DNA of 40,532 nucleotides, taken from NCBI GenBank assembly GCA_029858565.1, contig JAOUEV010000031.1:1-40532 (forward strand), given 5' to 3'. Source of the stretch: Nitrospirota bacterium (GTDB lineage: Bacteria; Nitrospirota; UBA9217). Position 1 is the stretch's first letter, and every line of letters begins with the position of its first letter. The position numbers were made by a program, and so were the translations under genes. The notes under the pieces were generated by a model. It did not search any database. It was not told the origin of the DNA and saw nothing but the letters and a program-made list of their open reading frames with translations. Below, in pieces: positions 1 to 9,271 of the stretch.

Positions 1-846
1 GCAGATCGGGTCTATCTCGGTGATCCAGACCTGGGCTGACAGAGCGCGCAGCGCCTGGGCCGAGCCCTTGCCCACGTCGCCGTAGCCGCAGACCACCGCG
101 ACCTTGCCGGCCACCATGACGTCGGTGGCGCGCTTGATGCCGTCCACCAGGGATTCGCGGCAGCCGTAGAGGTTGTCGAATTTGGATTTGGTGACCGAGT
201 CGTTCACATTGATGCCCGGGAACTTCAGTTCACCGCGCTCGTGCATCTGGTAGAGGCGGTGCACGCCGGTGGTGGTCTCCTCGGTCACGCCCTTGATCTG
301 CGCCAGGCGGGTTGAGTACCAGGTCTTGTCCTGCTTGAGTTTGTCCTTGATCGAGGCGAACAGCACCGTGGCCTCTTCGCTGTCGGGCTTGTCGAGCACC
401 GAGAGGTCCTTCTCTGCCCTGGCGCCCAGGTGCAAAAGCAGCGTTGCGTCGCCGCCGTCATCGAGGATCATGTTGGAATAGCCGCCGTCGGCCCATTCGA
501 AGATGCGGTGGGTATAGTCCCAGTATTCTGGCAGGGTCTCACCCTTGACAGCGAATACCGGCGTGCCGCCCGCGGCAATGGCGGCCGCAGCGTGGTCCTG
601 GGTGGAGAAGATGTTGCAGGATGCCCAGCGCACTTCCGCGCCGAGCGCTTTCAGCGTCTCGATCAGCACGGCGGTCTGGATGGTCATGTGCAGCGAACCG
701 GTGATGCGCGCGCCTTTAAGGGGTTGGGACTTGGCGAACTCTTCACGAATGGCCATCAGGCCGGGCATCTCGGTCTCGGCAATGGCGATCTCTTTGCGGC
801 CCCACGAGGCCAGGTTGATGTCTGCTACTACGTAATCTTTGGTCAT
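1..846 (-). CDS. ahcY: Adenosylhomocysteinase (SAH hydrolase), 3' end truncated by window edge
   Basis: Manual translation from ATG 846: [31 protein letters not shown]...[16 protein letters not shown]...[16 protein letters not shown]...[19 protein letters not shown]...[19 protein letters not shown]. Not in the supplied ORF track. Confidence 0.97.
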   Translation of the reverse strand, partial: MTKDYVVADINLASWGRKEIAIAETEMPGLMAIREEFAKSQPLKGARITGSLHMTIQTAVLIETLKALGAEVRWASCNIFSTQDHAAAAIAAGGTPVFAVKGETLPEYWDYTHRIFEWADGGYSNMILDDGGDATLLLHLGARAEKDLSVLDKPDSEEATVLFASIKDKLKQDKTWYSTRLAQIKGVTEETTTGVHRLYQMHERGELKFPGINVNDSVTKSKFDNLYGCRESLVDGIKRATDVMVAGKVAVVCGYGDVGKGSAQALRALSAQVWITEIDPIC

Positions 847-874
847 AACGCTCTCCATTCACAGGGTAAATGAA

Positions 875-955
875 TGGGCGCCGTTGTTGCCGGTGAACTA
901 TCCATCGAGCCTGACAGACCCACCTTGCGGTGACTGCTGCAGCGCCCCTCGACGG
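875..955 (-). promoter_or_regulatory. SAH riboswitch upstream of ahcY
   Basis: Minus strand reads CCGUCGAGGGGCGCUGCAGC...GUCAGGCUCGAUGG...AACGGCGCCC, matching the SAH riboswitch consensus (GAGGAGCG(C/U)UGC, AGGCUC, pseudoknot strand AACGGCGCUC). It lies directly upstream of ahcY. Confidence 0.9.
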
Positions 956-971
956 GGTCACACAATGATTG

Positions 972-995
972 AGGGCAGCCACTGAGGGCTGCCCT
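972..995. other. GC-rich hairpin between metK and the SAH riboswitch (possible weak terminator or processing stem)
   Basis: AGGGCAGCC-ACTGAG-GGCTGCCCT forms a perfect 9-bp stem with no clear U-tract. Confidence 0.45.
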
Positions 996-1026
996 AGAAT
1001 TTCACTTAGCTCGGATTTCGGTTCTA

Positions 1027-1057
1027 ATTCCACATTCCGAATTCCGAATTCCGCATT
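1027..1057. repeat. Heptamer array, family A (ATTCCG[A/C] x4), abutting the metK stop codon
   Basis: attccac attccga attccga attccgc att. Confidence 0.85.
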
Positions 1058-2213
1058 ACTTAAGACCAGCGTCCTTCTTCAGCTTCGCAGCCTTGTCCGT
1101 CTTTTCCCAGGTGAACTCCGGCTCGTTCCGGCCGAAGTGACCGTAGGCTGCCGTTTTCCGGTAGATCGGCCGCCGCAGGTTCAGGGTCTTGATGATACCC
1201 TTGGGTGTCATGTCAAAGTTCTTCCTGATGAGATCGACAAGCTTGTCATGGCTGATCTTGCCGGTTCCGAAGTCGTCAACATGGATCGAGACCGGATCGG
1301 GAACGCCGATGGCATAGGCCAGCTGCACCTCGCACTCGGAAGCGATCCCGGCTGCCACGATGTTCTTGGCGATGTAGCGAACCATGTACGCCGCAGAACG
1401 GTCCACCTTTGAGGGGTCCTTGCCCGAGAAGGCTCCGCCGCCGTGGCTTCCCACGCCGCCGTAGGTGTCCACGATGATCTTGCGGCCCGTGACGCCCGTA
1501 TCCCCCATGGGTCCGCCGACCACGAACTTGCCCGTCGGGTTGATATGATAAACGATCTTGTTATCCACGAGCTTCTTCGGAAGCACCGGCTTGATCACCT
1601 TCTCGATGATATCCTTCCGGATCTTGGCCTGGGCGATATCGGGAGCATGCTGGCTCGAGACGACGACGGTGTGGATCCGCTTCGGCTTGCCGTTTTTGTA
1701 CTCGATAGTGACCTGGGACTTGCCGTCGGGCCGCAGGTACGGCAGGATACCCTTCTTCCGCACGTCGCTCAGACGCTTGGTGATCTTGTGAGCCAGACTG
1801 ATCGTGAGCGGCATCAGTTCAGGCGTCTCGTCGCAGGCATAGCCGAACATGAGTCCCTGGTCCCCGGCGCCGCCGGTGTCCACGCCCTGGGAGATGTCGG
1901 GCGACTGCGCGTGCACCGATTCCATGATGCCGCAGGTCTCTGCATCAAAGCCGTACTTGGCTCGGGTATAGCCGATCTCGGTGATCGTCTTGCGTACCAG
2001 GTCCTGGATGTTGACCTTGCCCTTCGAGGTGATCTCGCCTGCGACCACGACGAGTCCCGTGGTCAGAAGCGTCTCGCAAGCGACCCGGCTCATGGGGTCC
2101 TGTGCCAGGAACGCGTCCAGAACCGCGTCCGATATCTGGTCCGCTATTTTATCGGGATGCCCTTCGGTAACCGATTCTGAAGTAAAAAGGTAGTTCTTAT
2201 GAACACTGCTCAT
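1056..2213 (-). CDS. metK: S-adenosylmethionine synthetase
   Basis: [28 protein letters not shown] and AAYGHFGR motifs; AAGGAGG RBS. Confidence 0.98.
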   Translation of the reverse strand: MSSVHKNYLFTSESVTEGHPDKIADQISDAVLDAFLAQDPMSRVACETLLTTGLVVVAGEITSKGKVNIQDLVRKTITEIGYTRAKYGFDAETCGIMESVHAQSPDISQGVDTGGAGDQGLMFGYACDETPELMPLTISLAHKITKRLSDVRKKGILPYLRPDGKSQVTIEYKNGKPKRIHTVVVSSQHAPDIAQAKIRKDIIEKVIKPVLPKKLVDNKIVYHINPTGKFVVGGPMGDTGVTGRKIIVDTYGGVGSHGGGAFSGKDPSKVDRSAAYMVRYIAKNIVAAGIASECEVQLAYAIGVPDPVSIHVDDFGTGKISHDKLVDLIRKNFDMTPKGIIKTLNLRRPIYRKTAAYGHFGRNEPEFTWEKTDKAAKLKKDAGLK

Positions 2214-2252
2214 CTTATTTGCCCTGCCTCCTTAAACGGATAAAGTTCAACA

Positions 2253-2280
2253 GTTATAGCATAGCCATGGCTTTTGTCAA
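2253..2280 (-). promoter_or_regulatory. Sigma70 promoter of metK
   Basis: TTGACA-16 bp-TATAAC with a TG extended -10. Palindrome AGCCATGGCT lies in the spacer. Confidence 0.7.
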
Positions 2281-2362
2281 GACAAAACTGCCTGGAAAGC
2301 GCAAAATCTTGTGGTCACTGACATGGGCACCCCCAACAGGCTGATGCTGAGCTTTCTTCCGG

Positions 2363-4348
2363 TCATTTTCCGGGTTCAGCTGTTTTCGTGGCGAATGATG
2401 CGGGATCAAAACGCTTCAGATTGGGCATAAAACTCACGGATCCCGCCGGCATCTCATAAAGCCGGACCTCGAAAGGCACGGTGCCCCGTGCGGGTATGGA
2501 AGATCGGGAAGCCTGGACCATTGATTCCCTGAGCGCATCAATATTCACCGAGCGTTTTGCAAGCACAGCCCGGTCCCGCTGGGAAAAGAGCTGCACTCCG
2601 TTCAACACGCGTACGGTAGCCAGTACTTTCTGACCGGCATCGAGCACATCGGCCTCGAGATACCAGCCCTCCTTGGGCCGGTCCTGCATGTTCTGGACCG
2701 CTCCGGTAATGACCAGGTCGCCGCTCGCGGGATCCGGATAAGCCATGCCGTTAACCACCGCAAGGCCGTCAGGCGTGATAAGGGTCATCTTCTTCTGGAC
2801 CGCCCCGGCCTGTTTCGCCATCTGTTTCAGCGCCTGTTCCATCCGACCAGACAGGGTCCCTTCCCCATATAACGCGCCGAGGATAACAAGCGCCGAGAGA
2901 CCGAGACCTACCTTCCCAAGTGTAGATATCTCTGCGCCGAAGGTCTCCTCTTTGGTGAAGACCATGAGGCGCCGCGCGATGACCACGAAGATGCCGAGCA
3001 AAAAGGAGACGCCGCCCCAGGCGATCGCTGCAGCGGAGATCCGCTCCACGGAAAAACCGGAGCCTGATGCCAGTGCGACCACGGCGCTCATACCTGCGCC
3101 AAACACAGCTCCGAAGAACGTGCCTATCAGGATGTTCACGAGGAAAAAGAACCGTTTCCCGGTCTGCGCCTGTACAACTGCGATCAGGAGTCCGATCATG
3201 ATCCCCAAGCCGGTGATGCCGCTCGCCGCTACCGCGACGAGATACAGGACCGGCATCGCCGACAGAACAGGTATGATCCTGGCGGCGATATCCATGCCAA
3301 GCGTGAACAGAAGCACGACCGGGATGGTGCAGATGATGCCGGCTATCGCTCCGGTTATATTGCCCGATGAGAACGGATTGATCTCGCCGTCATAGTCGGT
3401 ATCCGCGGTTCCGCTCGCTGGCTGTTCATCGTGCGCTGAAGGCTCGGATTCTTCCGCCTCGTCGGAATCGGCCCTCGGCATGGACAGCGCCGCACCAAGG
3501 TCCGTATCATCTTCGTTCTTGGCAGCAGGTTTGAGAGGAGGCGTGAACACCGGTCCGGTCTTTGCCGCTGCAGCGGCTGGTTTGGGACTTTCCGCCTGCT
3601 CGATCCTGGGCATGGCAAGTGCCGCTCCCAGATCGAGGTCATCATCGTCGGTCTTTTGTGCCGGTGGCGATGGAGGAGCGGACTTGGCCGCTGCCGGACC
3701 GGGCGCAGGTTTCGGCGTCTCAGCGGGAGCCGCCGGCATGGCGAGCGCGGCGCCGAGATCAAGGCTGACGTCTTCCTGTTCCGCGGGAACGGACAGGAGT
3801 GCAGCAGCAGTTGGAGGTGTCCTGGATTTGGAGGAAGGAAGCGGTTTTGGCTCCGCTATGATGTCCGTGGGGAACTGGAATGCCGCCTCCGCTGCCTGCG
3901 CATCCTCTTCGGAGATACTTATCTCCGAAGAGCCCTCCTGATCGTCAAGGCCTGACTGATCGCCAAAGGAGAAACCGCCCTCCATGACCGCGCCCCCGCC
4001 ATCGGCAGAGGCGGCGGCAGCGGCGTGGGGTTCACTGAAATCGAAATCGCCGAGAGAACCCGCATCTGTCTGCGGAGGCTGATATTCACGGGGCTGAAAA
4101 TCCTGATCTGGCTGGGGTGGCATGGTGGCTTCGCCCGGACCCGCGGCAAGCGGTACCGGCGGTGCCGGCGGGGGAACAGCGGACTCGACAGCGGCTTCAT
4201 CACGGGCCATCTTGTCAAGCTCGAACTCGTCCTTGGTGACCGTGACCATTTCGCCGCAGCGGGAGCATTTGAAGCGTACTCCCTTCCCGGCGATTTTCTC
4301 GTCTGCCACGCGGAACAGCTTGCTGCAACTTCCGCAACGGATGTCCAT
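2363..4348 (-). CDS. MJ0042-type zinc-ribbon membrane protein: N-terminal Zn finger, long acidic Pro/Ala linker, about 5 TM helices, C-terminal DUF3426-like extracytoplasmic domain
   Basis: MDIRCGSCSKLFRVADEKI...FKCSRCG. Hydrophobic segments at about aa 330-495. C-terminal LVITGAVQN...LEADVLD beta domain. Confidence 0.8.
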   Translation of the reverse strand: MDIRCGSCSKLFRVADEKIAGKGVRFKCSRCGEMVTVTKDEFELDKMARDEAAVESAVPPPAPPVPLAAGPGEATMPPQPDQDFQPREYQPPQTDAGSLGDFDFSEPHAAAAASADGGGAVMEGGFSFGDQSGLDDQEGSSEISISEEDAQAAEAAFQFPTDIIAEPKPLPSSKSRTPPTAAALLSVPAEQEDVSLDLGAALAMPAAPAETPKPAPGPAAAKSAPPSPPAQKTDDDDLDLGAALAMPRIEQAESPKPAAAAAKTGPVFTPPLKPAAKNEDDTDLGAALSMPRADSDEAEESEPSAHDEQPASGTADTDYDGEINPFSSGNITGAIAGIICTIPVVLLFTLGMDIAARIIPVLSAMPVLYLVAVAASGITGLGIMIGLLIAVVQAQTGKRFFFLVNILIGTFFGAVFGAGMSAVVALASGSGFSVERISAAAIAWGGVSFLLGIFVVIARRLMVFTKEETFGAEISTLGKVGLGLSALVILGALYGEGTLSGRMEQALKQMAKQAGAVQKKMTLITPDGLAVVNGMAYPDPASGDLVITGAVQNMQDRPKEGWYLEADVLDAGQKVLATVRVLNGVQLFSQRDRAVLAKRSVNIDALRESMVQASRSSIPARGTVPFEVRLYEMPAGSVSFMPNLKRFDPASFATKTAEPGK

Positions 4349-4473
4349 GCCGCCCGATCTCCTGTCCAGAGGTCTTGAAACTGCCGGTTTATCTGCGTTC
4401 CGTCCGGCATCGTGCCCGGTACGTTACGTCGGCCTATTGTAATGGATTTGATCAGAAATTTCCACAACCGACA

Positions 4474-4650
4474 TCACTTTTTTTCTTCCTCGTCCCCGTT
4501 CTCCGACAACCGGTCCTGTCCCGCGATGCGATACTCTTCCGAGGCCCATTTGCCAAGGTCGATCAACCTGCAACGTTCCGAGCAAAAGGGCCGGAAAGGA
4601 TTCTCTTCCCAGGTCGCTGCCTTTTTGCAGGCGGGGCATCGAACGATCAT
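4474..4650 (-). CDS. yacG: DNA gyrase inhibitor YacG (58 aa)
   Basis: Manual translation [44 protein letters not shown]... shows the CxxC...RPFCSxRC..IDLGxW signature. GGAGG RBS. Below the ORF-track length cutoff. Confidence 0.93.
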   Translation of the reverse strand: MIVRCPACKKAATWEENPFRPFCSERCRLIDLGKWASEEYRIAGQDRLSENGDEEEKK

Positions 4651-4669
4651 ATCCGCACCTCCACGTCCA

Positions 4670-5893
4670 TCAACGGCCGGTCAACAAACAGAAGAGAAGA
4701 TTATCGAGCGCGTCAATGACTTCCTTGAACCGGCCGCCGTGGCTTTTCGATCGGGAGAAAAGCTCGATGCGCAACGCCGTTATCTCGGGATCGTCACAGC
4801 GTTCATAGGTAATATGGCCGTTCTGAAGCGCGAACCGCTCCATGACCAGAAGCTGTTTCGCTTTCTCGACAAAAGGAAGCAGCAACTCCCGCACCGAGGA
4901 CAGCATTTCGGTCGACTTCGGGTCTGAGATCCCCGGCGACTCCCGCAGAAGACCTGCTATCTCGCGCGTCAGGACCTCGAGCGTACAGTATTCAAGACCC
5001 CGCACGCCTCTCCTCCATTGGAGCAGCAGCGGGTTTCTCCTGATCCAGAGAAAATTCCGTGAACCGAGATCGATCAGTCCGGCCACCGCGTCCTGTATCG
5101 CCGCAAGCGCAGGAACGGACGAGGGCGGTGCGCCAGAGGTCTTGATGATCGATGTCCGTTCTTCTCCCGCAGCCAGGTAGTTCCACAGATTCCCAAGAAC
5201 GATCGCGCCGTTCAGATCATCAGGCGTGTCGAAGTGGATCAAGGACAGGACTACTCTGCCCTTGCCGCATGTCCCTTCCAGGACCGCGGGTTCGTTCCTC
5301 AGTCTTTCGGGGTCAAGGTTGATCCCGTAGGTGCGTTCGAGACCGGACCATGCGCCCAGGGACCGCGCGTCCCCCACATTCACATCGGAACTGAAGGCAT
5401 CGGGCAATGCTTCACCATAGGTTGCAAGGACCGCGACGCTGTTGTCTGCCGTGAACTGGGAGGGCCACCAGGCATGGAACACAGGATCAGCGATCCCCCG
5501 CCACAAAGCATGGTCCGTAACAGTGAGCCTGATGGGTCCGCTGAAGCTCGGGACCCGGTCCTTTGTCGGCCTTCTCCTGACCGGGAGCAATCCGATCCCG
5601 TCCTCGGTGGCCAATCCCGCGCCGCCGCAGAATCCCACATAGGAACCGCCGTTCCTGACGAACTGCATGACCGCATCGACCCCGCCGTCACCCAGCGCCT
5701 TGATCTTGTTCGACGCCCAGCCACCAGGAACGAAGAGCGCGCTGTAGTCGCGAAGCCGACCCGACCGCACGTCCGCTGCGCGAATGATGTCGCAGGCCAG
5801 ACCGCAGGACGCCAGTGCCCGGTGCGCCATCACACCCCAGAGAAAGGACTCATCCCACAGCAGGGCCGCCCGTTTTAAAGGTAGCCTATCCAT
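4670..5893 (-). CDS. BPL-N / class I glutamine amidotransferase-like protein
   Basis: [18 protein letters not shown] (nucleophile-elbow Cys) and LSLIHFD. The likely ATG at 5893 follows the cbiG-H stop by 1 nt. Confidence 0.75.
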   Translation of the reverse strand: MDRLPLKRAALLWDESFLWGVMAHRALASCGLACDIIRAADVRSGRLRDYSALFVPGGWASNKIKALGDGGVDAVMQFVRNGGSYVGFCGGAGLATEDGIGLLPVRRRPTKDRVPSFSGPIRLTVTDHALWRGIADPVFHAWWPSQFTADNSVAVLATYGEALPDAFSSDVNVGDARSLGAWSGLERTYGINLDPERLRNEPAVLEGTCGKGRVVLSLIHFDTPDDLNGAIVLGNLWNYLAAGEERTSIIKTSGAPPSSVPALAAIQDAVAGLIDLGSRNFLWIRRNPLLLQWRRGVRGLEYCTLEVLTREIAGLLRESPGISDPKSTEMLSSVRELLLPFVEKAKQLLVMERFALQNGHITYERCDDPEITALRIELFSRSKSHGGRFKEVIDALDNLLFCLLTGR

Positions 5894-5894
5894 G

Positions 5895-7775
5895 TTAAAT
5901 ATCGAACTTCCTCTCATAGCCCCGGGGCGTGATCATGAGATCGTTCCATCTAAAGGTCTTTGAGTTGCCGATGACCACCGTGGTCTGCATATCGATATCG
6001 CTGTCCTGCATATGGCCAAGGTCCGTCACGATGACCTGTTCCTGCTCCCGCATCGCGCCTTTGACGATGCCCACGACCGTTGCGGCCGCCCGATGCTTCA
6101 GGACGATCTCCCGCGCCCGGTTAATGTGGCCGGCCCTGCCCTTGCTGCGCGGGTTGTACAGCACGATCACAAAATCCGCCGCCGCCGCCGCATCAAGCCG
6201 TTTCTCGATCATTTCCCAGGGTGTCAGGCGGTCGGACAGGCTGATGCAGGCGAAATCATGCATCAGCGGAGCGCCGAGCCGAGAAGCAGCCGCGTTCAGC
6301 GCCGAGATACCTGGAATCACTTCAACAGGAATCGCGGTCTTGCCGTTTATTTCTTTATTACATTCCGCATTCCGCATTCCGCACTCCGCACTTCGTAGCA
6401 CCTCGAACACAAGCCCGGCCATGGCATAGACGCCCGGGTCTCCGCCGCTGATCACGGCGACCGTCCTGCCGGTCCTCGCCAGTTCCACCGCTTTCCTGCA
6501 CCGGTCGACCTCCTGGGTCATGCCGGTCGACAGGACCTCTTTGTCCTTCAGCAGGTCCTGGATAAGATCGAGGTACGTGCCGTACCCGACGATCACGTCG
6601 GCATGCCTGATCGCCTCCCGTGCCGCAGGCGTCAGATGCTCCAGGCTTCCCGGTCCGGTCCCGACAACGAAGATCCTGCCCTTGCGCGCTTCCTTGGCAT
6701 CTTTCTTCCCCACTCCGCACTCCGCACTCTGCTCTGTCTTTATTGCTATTGCCACGGTCACATTCCCTTTCTTCTGTTTCTGCACCAGCAGCCGCCCTTC
6801 TCCGGCCGCGAGCAGCGCCGCAGGTTCGGCCACACCGATCGCGCCTGTTGCCTGAAGAACGATGTCAGACGGCGTAATGCCCTTCACGCTGTTCAGCTCC
6901 TCCGCCCTGAAGGTCCTGAGCAACAGGCCCTGCTTTCTCACAAACCCGACGAGGCCCGGCTCCTCGGCCTTGATATCGATCGTTGCTGCGCAGCACAGGG
7001 ACAGGAAAGCGAGATTATGCTCCGCGAACGTGCTCGCAACAGCTGCCTCGATCTCCTCGGCAGGTGTCCCGCTGTTGCACCCGATGCCTACCACGAGATT
7101 ACGTGGCCGGAGATAGAGCTGTCCCTTTACCCTGCAGGTATCGATCGTACACTTGTCGCCATCCCCCTCATTCTCAGGGGTTTCGCCGTAAGCGTTCCTG
7201 CGATTGGTGATGATGACATCTGCCTGTCGCGGCTCAGCCACCCGGAGGAAATCATCGGGCAGCTGCAGTTCAAGCCCCTGGTCCGGATAGACCCGCAGTG
7301 CGCCGTTGTTCACGTACCTCGTTCCGACCAGCGGCAGCAGGTTATCGTTCTCCACGACCAGATCATGGTCCCGCGCCCAAAGGTCGATCGCAGTCAGACC
7401 GTTGACGTCCGATGCAGTGGTGATGACCGCTTCGCCCTTTATCATGCCCGCGACCTTCCGCGCAAGATCGTTCGCTCCGCCAAGATGGCCGCCCGCCAGG
7501 CTGATCACGTACTTTCCCGCGTCATCGATCACCACCACCGCGGGATCGGTCTTTTTATCCTTGAGCAGCGGCGCAATGGTCCGCACCACAATGCCGGTGG
7601 CCATAATGAACACCAGTGAGGCGTTGTTCTTCCACTGCTTCTCAACGGCTGCAGCAGAGAACTTCAGGATCTCAGCGCCTGGCAATTCTGATTTCAACCG
7701 TTCTGACAGCTCAAGGCCGTTGTTTGTAATATGGAATATGGCAGTGTTCTTCATTCCGCATTCCGCATACGTCAT
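5895..7775 (-). CDS. cbiG-cbiH: CbiG-CbiH fusion (cobalt-precorrin-5A hydrolase / cobalt-precorrin-3 C17-methyltransferase)
   Basis: FIMATGIVVR, DPAVVVIDD, GGHLGGAN and VVGIGC (CbiG). VVGTGPG, SGGDPGVYAM, LGAPLMHDF and MITPRGY (CbiH/CobJ). Confidence 0.95.
   Translation of the reverse strand: MTYAECGMKNTAIFHITNNGLELSERLKSELPGAEILKFSAAAVEKQWKNNASLVFIMATGIVVRTIAPLLKDKKTDPAVVVIDDAGKYVISLAGGHLGGANDLARKVAGMIKGEAVITTASDVNGLTAIDLWARDHDLVVENDNLLPLVGTRYVNNGALRVYPDQGLELQLPDDFLRVAEPRQADVIITNRRNAYGETPENEGDGDKCTIDTCRVKGQLYLRPRNLVVGIGCNSGTPAEEIEAAVASTFAEHNLAFLSLCCAATIDIKAEEPGLVGFVRKQGLLLRTFRAEELNSVKGITPSDIVLQATGAIGVAEPAALLAAGEGRLLVQKQKKGNVTVAIAIKTEQSAECGVGKKDAKEARKGRIFVVGTGPGSLEHLTPAAREAIRHADVIVGYGTYLDLIQDLLKDKEVLSTGMTQEVDRCRKAVELARTGRTVAVISGGDPGVYAMAGLVFEVLRSAECGMRNAECNKEINGKTAIPVEVIPGISALNAAASRLGAPLMHDFACISLSDRLTPWEMIEKRLDAAAAADFVIVLYNPRSKGRAGHINRAREIVLKHRAAATVVGIVKGAMREQEQVIVTDLGHMQDSDIDMQTTVVIGNSKTFRWNDLMITPRGYERKFDI
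6361..6395. repeat. In-frame heptamer array, family A, in a CbiH loop (LRSAECGMRNAEC)
   Basis: cattccg cattccg cattccg cactccg cacttcg. Confidence 0.9.
6711..6731. repeat. In-frame heptamer array, family A, in the CbiG/CbiH linker (QSAECGV)
   Basis: cactccg cactccg cactctg. Confidence 0.8.
7752..7768. repeat. Short heptamer array, family A, at the CbiG N-terminus (YAECGM)
   Basis: cattccg cattccg cat. Confidence 0.7.
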
Positions 7776-8530
7776 TTCCTGAATTCATGCTTGAAATCCT
7801 TATTATAGAGCTTTGATTCTTTCCCGAGCGATTCTCCGGATGCGCGGAGGGACTCTCCCACGTAGATCAATGCGGTTTTCCTTATACCGGCCTCATTCAC
7901 GATCTGCGCGATGTCATTGAGCGTTCCCCGGAGCACTTTCTGCTCCGGCCAGGTCGCCTTCTCAATGACCACCACCGGCGTGTCTCCGGAATAGCCCTGC
8001 AGCAGTTCGTCGCGCACCTTCTCGATCATCCCGACGCTCAGGAAGATCGCCATCGTGGCCTTGTGCGATGCAAGCAGGCCGAGCCGCTCAGGTGCCGGGA
8101 CCGGGGTCCTGCCTTCCATCCGGGTAAAAATGACGGTCTGGCTGATCTCGGGTACGGTCAGTTCCTGCCCAAGGACCGCGGCACCCGCCATGGCGGACGA
8201 TACCCCGGGGATGACCTCAAAAGGGATGTTCAGTTCGCGGAGACGTTCGATCTGCTCGGTAATAGCGCTGTAGAATGAAGTGTCGCCGGTGTGCAGTCTC
8301 ACGACCGACTTGCCGTTCTCCGCTGCTTGTCGCATGACCGCAATGATCCCGCCAAGATCCATCTGAGCGGAATCGTGTATTTCCGCCCTGATGCCGCTGA
8401 GCAGCGCGGGGTTCACCAGGCTGCCAGCGTAGATCACCACGTCAGCATTGTCCAGCGCTTTCCTGCCTTTTATGGTAATGAGCTCCGGGTCCCCGGGTCC
8501 GGCCCCCACAAAGAGTATCTTCTGCATCAT
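7772..8530 (-). CDS. cbiF: Cobalt-precorrin-4 C11-methyltransferase
   Basis: FVGAGPGDPELITIKG, YAGSLV, RLHTGD, ELTVPEISQTVI and SKLY...F.H motifs. Confidence 0.95.
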   Translation of the reverse strand: MMQKILFVGAGPGDPELITIKGRKALDNADVVIYAGSLVNPALLSGIRAEIHDSAQMDLGGIIAVMRQAAENGKSVVRLHTGDTSFYSAITEQIERLRELNIPFEVIPGVSSAMAGAAVLGQELTVPEISQTVIFTRMEGRTPVPAPERLGLLASHKATMAIFLSVGMIEKVRDELLQGYSGDTPVVVIEKATWPEQKVLRGTLNDIAQIVNEAGIRKTALIYVGESLRASGESLGKESKLYNKDFKHEFRK

Positions 8531-9270
8531 TGTTTCCTCACGATCACCAGCGAAAAGTAGTTCAGGTCCCCGCTGCGCACGCGGGTGATGTCCTTTATGA
8601 TGCGCTCGTCTTCCATTCCCGCGCGCGCGACATAGACCGCGCCTGCGGCCAGCCCCATCCGCACCAGCACCTCGCGAACCTCATCAAAGACCTTGTTCAC
8701 CTTCATCAGCACCACCGTATCGAACCGTTCCAGCGTTTCCTGGAGACTGTCCAGATAGTTCGCCGGAAGGATCGCGATCCGGTCGTTCCCCAGTCCCAGA
8801 TACATGCCGGCCTGCGCGGCAGCTGCGGTGATCGACGATATCCCCGGGATGAACTCGATGGTCAGGGCCGGCCTTTGCTCAAGCAAGCGGGAATGAAGAT
8901 AGAAGAAGGTGCTGTAGATGGACGGATCGCCGATGGTGATGAACGCCGCGTCACTGCCTCCGTCAAGCTGTGAAAGGATTGCATCAGCGGCTGCCTTCCA
9001 TTTTGTTTCCAGCTGCTGGTCTGATTCTTCACTCTGCATTCCGCATTCCGCATTTGAGGCGGTTTTCACCATCGGGAAATGCAGCTCCACGATCTTTTTG
9101 CCTTCGACACTTACGGCGCCCTTGATGATCGAGAGTGCCAGGCTTGCCCCTTCCTCCCGCCCCTTGGGAACGCAGAGCACCGGGACGCTCTTGATGATGC
9201 GGGCGGCCTTCAAGGTCAGCAATTCCGGGTCCCCCGGACCTACGCCGACAACGTACAGTTTTCCGGCCAT
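8527..9270 (-). CDS. cbiL: Cobalt-sirohydrochlorin C20-methyltransferase
   Basis: GVGPGDPELLTLKA, FPM, FITIGDPSIYSTF, VVLMKV and NYFSLVIV. Confidence 0.95.
   Translation of the reverse strand: MAGKLYVVGVGPGDPELLTLKAARIIKSVPVLCVPKGREEGASLALSIIKGAVSVEGKKIVELHFPMVKTASNAECGMQSEESDQQLETKWKAAADAILSQLDGGSDAAFITIGDPSIYSTFFYLHSRLLEQRPALTIEFIPGISSITAAAAQAGMYLGLGNDRIAILPANYLDSLQETLERFDTVVLMKVNKVFDEVREVLVRMGLAAGAVYVARAGMEDERIIKDITRVRSGDLNYFSLVIVRKQ
9030..9055. repeat. In-frame heptamer array, family A, in CbiL after the FPM motif (SNAECGMQSE)
   Basis: cactctg cattccg cattccg cattt. Confidence 0.85.
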
Positions 9271-9271
9271 G

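Noticed and set aside
4424-4639. 71-aa ORF from the supplied track
   Set aside because: Wrong frame. The overlapping frame 4474-4650 encodes a clear YacG with a good RBS.
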